Below are positions 58,118 through 64,000 of a stretch of 64,000 bases of DNA, one piece after another. The notes under the pieces were generated by a model that was not told where the DNA came from, searched no databases, and worked only from the letters and a program-made list of their open reading frames with translations. This DNA comes from Clostridia bacterium (lineage in GTDB: Bacteria > Bacillota > Clostridia > Oscillospirales > CAG-272), in assembly GCA_017455905.1 (NCBI GenBank), contig JAFTLQ010000006.1, forward strand, positions 7,033 through 71,032. Direction: 5' to 3'. Both the position numbers and the translations under genes were made by a program. Numbering within the stretch: the first letter of the stretch is position 1; each line of letters starts with the position of its first letter.

Positions 58118-60022
58118 TTATTCGCCTTGCGTGACCTCGAAGGAGAGCGAAACGCTGGTGAGTGTGCGATCCGTGCTGTCGGGCGTCAGCGTCGAAAGAT
58201 CGACGTCCTCGCTGCCCTCGGGAAGGGTGTACTCCGCCGTTTCGGCCGTTGCGAAGAGGAACATCATGCCGTAGAGGTTACCATCTTCGTCTTCCATAAG
58301 CATGATGGCAAACGGAGCCTCGGACATCGAAACGGTTTCGGTGTATACGGAGGCATAGCCGTATTCGGGTTCGATCTCCTCGTCCTTGTATACGCCAAGG
58401 GTTGCACCGTCAGCGACGGTATAGCCGTTGTCCTCCAGGATGGCTTTGTCGATGGCGGGCGTGTTTTCAGCAAAGAGCTGCATCAGCTCCTCGTATGCTG
58501 TGGTATCCTCCAGCTTCGTGGGAGCGAAGGTGAGATCGATGGAGCCGTCCATGCTGTCGCCGCTGATCGCGTAGGTAAAGCCGCCGTCGGTGACGGTCAT
58601 CGTGCCGGTCATGCCGGGAACGCTCGTCGTGTAGCCAATGGGCTTGCCGGCCTTATCAAGATGGATGGTGTACAGGAAGCTTGCCTCCAGCTCGTCGATG
58701 GCTGCATCGATCTGGGCTTTGACCATGGCGCCGTTACCGCCGTTCATCAGGTCGTAAAGCTTGGTCGTTTCGATCATGGTGGTGACCTGCGCGATCTGAG
58801 CCAACAGATCCTCGCTCGTGGGTGCCTGCTGGGCATCCTCGGAGGTCATGGACATCAGAATAAAGTCGGATACGGTGGTGGAGAGGAACTCCTCGTTTTC
58901 CAGCAGCTCCTCGAGCGATATGCCGAGAAGTGCATCCAGCGTGAAGGTGTCATCCTCCATGTATACGCCGATGACGTCCTCGATAAGTGCGGCGATATCA
59001 AGGATATCCATGCCGGTGGTGTCTTCGACAAAGGCGATCGCGTCGGAAACGTCAACGGACAGCAGGACGGGGATGGCGTTCTTGAGGGTCGTGTAGGTGC
59101 CCTCGCCGCAGAGCATGTCGATGAGGTCGCTCAGCGTAGCGTCTGCCATCGTTGCGTTCCACTCGTGCATAACGGAGAGATCCAGAACGACGTCCGTGCC
59201 GGTTTCCGCGCCCTTCACGGTGAAGAAGGTGTCAAGTGCCTGTTGCATCGCCTCGGTCAGTGCCGATGCAAGCAGCTCGGAGGCCGTCGTGTCGGCGGGA
59301 AGCATATCCTCGATGGAGGGAAGCTCGACGCCTTCAAAGAGGGGAGCAATGTAGGTTTCGATGACGGTCATCGTCTTTCCGATGATGTCCAGCGTCTCTT
59401 CGTCAAGCAGACGGGTGGGATCGCTCATGATGGACTGCATCATGTTCGAGGGATTGACGAGCATCTTCGTGTTTTGGCTCTCACCGTCCCCGGACATCGT
59501 GACATCCATCAGGATCGCAGAGCCGGCCGAATAAACGTCGATCGTTATCTGCGTGTCATTCTGCTTCACGGTGATCGTACCGTAGGCGAAGATGCCGTCC
59601 TCGGTCGGATACAGGTTGAGATCGGCGTTGACGATCGCGGCGTTGACCGCAGACGAAGTGGCTGCCGGCGTCGGTTCGAGTGTGGACTGCTCAACGGACA
59701 GATCCTTGATAACAAGCTTCAGCCCCTCAGCCGTCTCGGGCATGGTGGGGAAGAGCTGCTCCACGGTGACGATCGCCTCGCCGCAAACGCCGCAGGTGGC
59801 ATGGCCATCGTGGCCGAGCGCGGGGATCTCTTCCGTGGTGGTCTCACCGCACAGCGTGCAGGTCAGCGTCTGGCTGCCCTTTTCCGTACAGGTGGGCGCG
59901 GTGTCCACGGTGGGATCGCCGTATGTATGCTCGCACGGTGTCACGCAGGATGCCAGCGCGAAGCAGGACAGCGCCGCGATCAGCACGCAGATGAGAAGTG
60001 TGCGTACAAGTGTGTGTTTCAT
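58118..60022 (-). CDS. Large acidic lipoprotein with N-terminal Cys/His repeat
   Basis: LASC lipobox; CEH...PTCTEKG...CTLCG...PALGH...CGVCG; GGAGG RBS. Confidence 0.8.
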   Translation of the reverse strand: MKHTLVRTLLICVLIAALSCFALASCVTPCEHTYGDPTVDTAPTCTEKGSQTLTCTLCGETTTEEIPALGHDGHATCGVCGEAIVTVEQLFPTMPETAEGLKLVIKDLSVEQSTLEPTPAATSSAVNAAIVNADLNLYPTEDGIFAYGTITVKQNDTQITIDVYSAGSAILMDVTMSGDGESQNTKMLVNPSNMMQSIMSDPTRLLDEETLDIIGKTMTVIETYIAPLFEGVELPSIEDMLPADTTASELLASALTEAMQQALDTFFTVKGAETGTDVVLDLSVMHEWNATMADATLSDLIDMLCGEGTYTTLKNAIPVLLSVDVSDAIAFVEDTTGMDILDIAALIEDVIGVYMEDDTFTLDALLGISLEELLENEEFLSTTVSDFILMSMTSEDAQQAPTSEDLLAQIAQVTTMIETTKLYDLMNGGNGAMVKAQIDAAIDELEASFLYTIHLDKAGKPIGYTTSVPGMTGTMTVTDGGFTYAISGDSMDGSIDLTFAPTKLEDTTAYEELMQLFAENTPAIDKAILEDNGYTVADGATLGVYKDEEIEPEYGYASVYTETVSMSEAPFAIMLMEDEDGNLYGMMFLFATAETAEYTLPEGSEDVDLSTLTPDSTDRTLTSVSLSFEVTQGE

Positions 60023-60136
60023 AATGTACCTCCAAAAAATAATTTTATTGTACTGCTACCTAAAGTATAGCATAAAACCGAAGGTTTGTCAATGATTTCG
60101 TTCGTTAAAATATTGGAAACGTCGGTGGCCGCAGGC

Positions 60137-61216
60137 TTAGAGGTGCGTGGGCGTCTGCCCGTACAGGGCCAGGTAGCCGCGGGCCATCGTCTGTACCGAG
60201 AAGGCCTCGGAACGCGCGAGCGCTCCCCGACCGTAGGTCTCGCGCCGCTCGGCGGATGCATATACCTCGGCAAAGGCACGGGCGATCGCCTCCGTTTCAA
60301 CGGGGACGAGGCGGGCATCCTCGCCGTCGCGCAGCATATCGGGCACGCCGCCGACCGCCGTTGCCACGATGGGAAGCGCACTTCCCATGGCCTCGATGAG
60401 CGTCATCGGCACGCCCTCGTACAGAGAGGGAAGGGTAAACAGATCGGCCTCGGCAAGGAAGGGATAGACGTTTGACTGCAGCCCCAGCAGATGCACGGCG
60501 TCCTCTAAGTTATGCTCGCGGATATACGCTTCGAGGCGCGCGCGGCCGTCGCCGTCACCGATGAGGCACAGCTCGGAGTCTCTGTGCTCCTCGTGAAAGA
60601 GGCGGAAGGCCTCCAGCATCCCCAGGTGATTTTTTTGCTCGTTAAACCGACCGATGTGAAGGATGCGGAAGGGGGTGTGCGCCGTATAGTCGGTTTTTTG
60701 TATACAGCGCGACAGATCAATACCGTTATACAGAACGCCGACGGCATCCTCGGGCAGCCCGTAGGTCGCCACGACGGTGCGCAGGATCTCGGGGCTGAGG
60801 GCGACGGGGGTGACACGCCCCCTTTGGTACGCCCGACGGGCAAGGAAGCGATCGGCTCGTCCGAATTCCTTCTCGGCCATGTTGTGCACAGTATGCACCA
60901 TGCGCCACGCGTGCCCGCGCGAGGCGAAAAGCACGTATTTCAGCGCGTGCAGATGCGTATGCACGGCGTCGGGGGACAGCTCGCAAAGCAGACGGCGAAG
61001 CTTTCGTATGATCGAAAGGTCAAGCCCCGGCTGCTTGCCGAGATACTCGACGCGTATGCCGTCGGCCTCCAGCCGCTCGGTGATGGGTGTGCGCGTGTCG
61101 TACAGACTGATGGCCGTGACCTCATGCCCTGTACGTTGAAGCTCACGGGACAGCTGCTCACACATGATCTCCGCGCCACCCATGGAAAAATCGGGAATGA
61201 TCTGAACGATCCTCAT
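60137..61216 (-). CDS. Glycosyltransferase family 4
   Basis: GGAE, HTVHN, IGRFNEQKNH, PSLYEGVPMTLIEAM. Confidence 0.92.
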   Translation of the reverse strand: MRIVQIIPDFSMGGAEIMCEQLSRELQRTGHEVTAISLYDTRTPITERLEADGIRVEYLGKQPGLDLSIIRKLRRLLCELSPDAVHTHLHALKYVLFASRGHAWRMVHTVHNMAEKEFGRADRFLARRAYQRGRVTPVALSPEILRTVVATYGLPEDAVGVLYNGIDLSRCIQKTDYTAHTPFRILHIGRFNEQKNHLGMLEAFRLFHEEHRDSELCLIGDGDGRARLEAYIREHNLEDAVHLLGLQSNVYPFLAEADLFTLPSLYEGVPMTLIEAMGSALPIVATAVGGVPDMLRDGEDARLVPVETEAIARAFAEVYASAERRETYGRGALARSEAFSVQTMARGYLALYGQTPTHL

Positions 61217-61379
61217 ACGATTCCTTTCGCGGCCAAGCCGCCTGTTTTTTCTTCATTCTATCACAGAATGCACGTGCTGTCAAGCCCGCGTGATATTCAC
61301 ACTTGACGAACGGCCGTATCTGCGGTATACTAAAGACAGAAGACTACGCTGACGCAAGCGTAAAAGGGAAGGTATAGCT

Positions 61380-64000
61380 ATGCAGAACAAGCAACAAGCG
61401 ATGGGCAAGCGCTTTTGGCTCGCCCTCGTCATTTTCAGCCTGACAGGCCAGATCGCCTGGGTCGTTGAAAACATGTATTTCAACGTCTTTATTTATCAGA
61501 TGTTCCGTGCTGACGCACAGGATATTTCCCTGATGGTGGCGGCCAGCGCGGTCAGCGCGACGCTGACGACGATCTTCATCGGTGCCTTGTCCGACCGTGT
61601 CGGCAAGCGAAAGCTGTTCATCGTCGGCGGCTATATTTTATGGGGCATCTCCATCCTCAGCTTTGCGCTCATCCGCTTGGATATCATCGAAGCCGTGTTC
61701 GGTCAGACGGTGTCGGCGGCCGGCATCGGCGTGACGCTCGTCATTCTCATGGATTGCGTCATGACCTTTTTCGGCTCGTCGGCCAACGACGCCGCGTTCA
61801 ATGCGTGGCTGACCGAAACCGCCGAGGGAGAGGGACGGGGCGCTGCCGAGGGCGTCAACGCGATGATGCCGCTGGTCGCCATCCTGGCCGTCTTCGGCGG
61901 CTTTATGGCCTTTGATCTGACGGTGCCCGAGAGCTGGACCTATATCTTCCTGATCATCGGCTCCGCCGTCACGCTGATCGGTATCCTCGGTATCTTCCTC
62001 ATCCGCGACAGCGCGGTGGTGCAGGAGGACAACCGCCAGTATTTCAAAAACATTTTCTACGGCTTCCGCCCCTCGGTCATCAAGCAAAATCCCCTTCTGT
62101 ATCTCTGCCTTGCCGCGTTTTCCGTGTTCGGCATTTCCATTCAGATCTTTATGCCCTACCTCATTCTGTACTACACGGAAGGGCTAAAAATGCAAAATTA
62201 TGTTGTCATTATGGCGCCTGCAATCGTGCTTGCCTCGGTAGCCACCGCGCTGTACGGACGCCTGTATGACAAGTGGAAATTTGAAAGATCTGTCTTTCCG
62301 GCACTTATATCTCTTGCGGTCGGCTATCTCGTGCTCTACCTTTGCCGCAGCACCGTGCCCGTCTTTATCGGCTCGCTGCTGATGATGTGCGGATATCTTT
62401 GCGGCATGGCGGTGTTCGGGGCGGTCATCCGTGACCTGACCCCCAAGCATAAGGCGGGTATGTTCCAGGGGCTTCGCATCGTGGCGCAGGTGCTCATCCC
62501 GGGTATCATCGGTCCTGTGATCGGCGCGGCGGTGCTGTCCGACGCCGATACGGTCACCAATCAGGACGGTACGGTGTCCTTTATTCCGAACGAGAGGATC
62601 TTCCTGGCGGCGCTGATCGTTTTGCTCGTGCTCCTCGCCGCGCTCGCCACGCTGCTCTATATAAAGAAACGCACCAAGCGCTCGCGCGAGGGAGCGTCGC
62701 AGAACGTGCATACGCTGTATACGCCGTGGGCCGAGCAGGCGGACGGTGCGTGGGACGTGTATCCCCGTCCGCAGCTTCGCCGCCACAGCTTTCTGTCGCT
62801 GAACGGTCAGTGGCAGTTTGAGGCTGTGGCCTCCGATACGCCGCCCGCTGCCTACGGACGTACCATCCGCGTTCCCTTTTCACCCGAAAGTCCGCTGTCG
62901 GGGATCGGCGAGCGCTGCGCAGAGGATACGACCCTCTTTTATTCGACGACCTTCCGTTTGCCGGGCGGCTTCGTGCGCGACCGCGTGCTGCTGCATTTCG
63001 GGGCGGTCGACCAGTATGCGTCCGTCGCGCTCAACGGCACACCTCTCGGCGAGCATGCGGGCGGCTACGAGCCCTTTACCTTTGACGTGACCGAGCACGT
63101 GCACACGGAGGGCGATAACGTCCTTACCGTCCGCGTGCGCGACGAGCTGTCGCGGCACGTGCTTCCGTACGGCAAGCAGCGGCAGGATCGCGGCGGCATG
63201 TGGTACACACCGACCTCGGGCATCTGGCAGACGGTGTGGATCGAGAGCGTGCCGGACAGGTACCTTCGCTCCATGCGCATCGACGCCGACGATCGGCGTG
63301 TCACGGTCGCCTTTGACGGCATCACCGAGGGCGATATGTGCATACAAACGCCCGAGGGCGACGTTCATGTGCCGATTCGGGACGGCTGTGCCGCGGCCGA
63401 CATCCCGCACGCGCGCCTGTGGTCGCCCGAGGATCCGTACCTCTACCGCTTTACGGTGCAGGCGACGGGCGGCGACGTGGTCGAGAGCTATTTTGCCATG
63501 CGTACGCTGTCGGTGCGCGAGGTGGACGGGTATCCCCGTCTGTGCCTCAACGGCGAGCCGTATATCTTCCACGGCCTGTTGGATCAGGGCTATTACAGCG
63601 ACGGACATCTGACGCCCGCCTCGCCCGAGGCGTATACCTACGACATTCAGACGGTGAAGGCGCTCGGCTTCAACGTCCTGCGCAAGCACATCAAGATCGA
63701 GCCTGATATCTTTTATTACGAATGCGATCGGCTGGGTATGATCGTGTTTCAGGATATGGTCAACAATGGACGCTACGCCTTCCTGCGCGATACCGCGCTT
63801 CCGACCGTCGGCTATAAGCGCCGCGACGATCGCCGCCTGCACCGTGACGAGGCTGCGCGGGAGGCCTTTATCGCCCACATGGAGGCAACGGTGAAACGCC
63901 TGTATAACCACCCGTGTATTTGTTATTGGACCATCTTCAACGAGGGCTGGGGACAGTTCGACAGCGGCCGTATGTACGACCGCCTGCGTGCGCTGGACGG
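61380..64000 (+). CDS. MFS transporter fused in frame to a glycoside hydrolase family 2 domain (3'-partial; missing from the ORF track)
   Basis: Hand translation from ATG 61380: GALSDRVGKRK (MFS motif A), then with no stop YPRPQ..LNGQW, LHFGAVD, SGIWQTVW, RKHIKIE, WTIFNEGWGQ. Confidence 0.9.
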   Translation, partial: MQNKQQAMGKRFWLALVIFSLTGQIAWVVENMYFNVFIYQMFRADAQDISLMVAASAVSATLTTIFIGALSDRVGKRKLFIVGGYILWGISILSFALIRLDIIEAVFGQTVSAAGIGVTLVILMDCVMTFFGSSANDAAFNAWLTETAEGEGRGAAEGVNAMMPLVAILAVFGGFMAFDLTVPESWTYIFLIIGSAVTLIGILGIFLIRDSAVVQEDNRQYFKNIFYGFRPSVIKQNPLLYLCLAAFSVFGISIQIFMPYLILYYTEGLKMQNYVVIMAPAIVLASVATALYGRLYDKWKFERSVFPALISLAVGYLVLYLCRSTVPVFIGSLLMMCGYLCGMAVFGAVIRDLTPKHKAGMFQGLRIVAQVLIPGIIGPVIGAAVLSDADTVTNQDGTVSFIPNERIFLAALIVLLVLLAALATLLYIKKRTKRSREGASQNVHTLYTPWAEQADGAWDVYPRPQLRRHSFLSLNGQWQFEAVASDTPPAAYGRTIRVPFSPESPLSGIGERCAEDTTLFYSTTFRLPGGFVRDRVLLHFGAVDQYASVALNGTPLGEHAGGYEPFTFDVTEHVHTEGDNVLTVRVRDELSRHVLPYGKQRQDRGGMWYTPTSGIWQTVWIESVPDRYLRSMRIDADDRRVTVAFDGITEGDMCIQTPEGDVHVPIRDGCAAADIPHARLWSPEDPYLYRFTVQATGGDVVESYFAMRTLSVREVDGYPRLCLNGEPYIFHGLLDQGYYSDGHLTPASPEAYTYDIQTVKALGFNVLRKHIKIEPDIFYYECDRLGMIVFQDMVNNGRYAFLRDTALPTVGYKRRDDRRLHRDEAAREAFIAHMEATVKRLYNHPCICYWTIFNEGWGQFDSGRMYDRLRALD

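Overview
GC-rich chromosome segment of a Clostridia-like Firmicute (inferred from gene content and order, and from sigma-A promoters). The backbone carries cdaR-like, ctpA-like, greA-lysS, nadE-pth-mfd, tRNA-Thr(GGT), wecB, a flotillin gene, hprK, uxuA/uxuB-like genes, and an MFS-GH2 fusion that runs off the right edge. There are two AT-rich intrusions. The first (~4.8-8.6 kb) holds an epimerase gene and a blaI/blaR1-type cassette. The second (41.6-55.8 kb) is a decayed integrative region at tRNA-Arg(CCT). The headline observation is that the host tRNA-Arg(CCT) gene is cut at its anticodon loop (5' half at 41564, 3' half ~10 kb away at 51660) and is not rebuilt. Instead, the island carries a complete, divergent tRNA-Arg(CCT) 160 bp inside its left end. 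An orphan 3' half of a third tRNA-Arg(CCT) sits next to an integrase remnant, which suggests nested tRNA-splitting and tRNA-replacing insertions. Integrase arm-like repeats recur around the Fic and Phd/RelE genes. Also notable: two promoter-rod hairpin-terminator ncRNA candidates, a yybP-ykoY-like riboswitch in front of the flotillin gene, an orphan lasso-precursor-like peptide, and a NadE whose glutaminase domain looks dead. All family calls come from motif recognition by eye; no database search was run.
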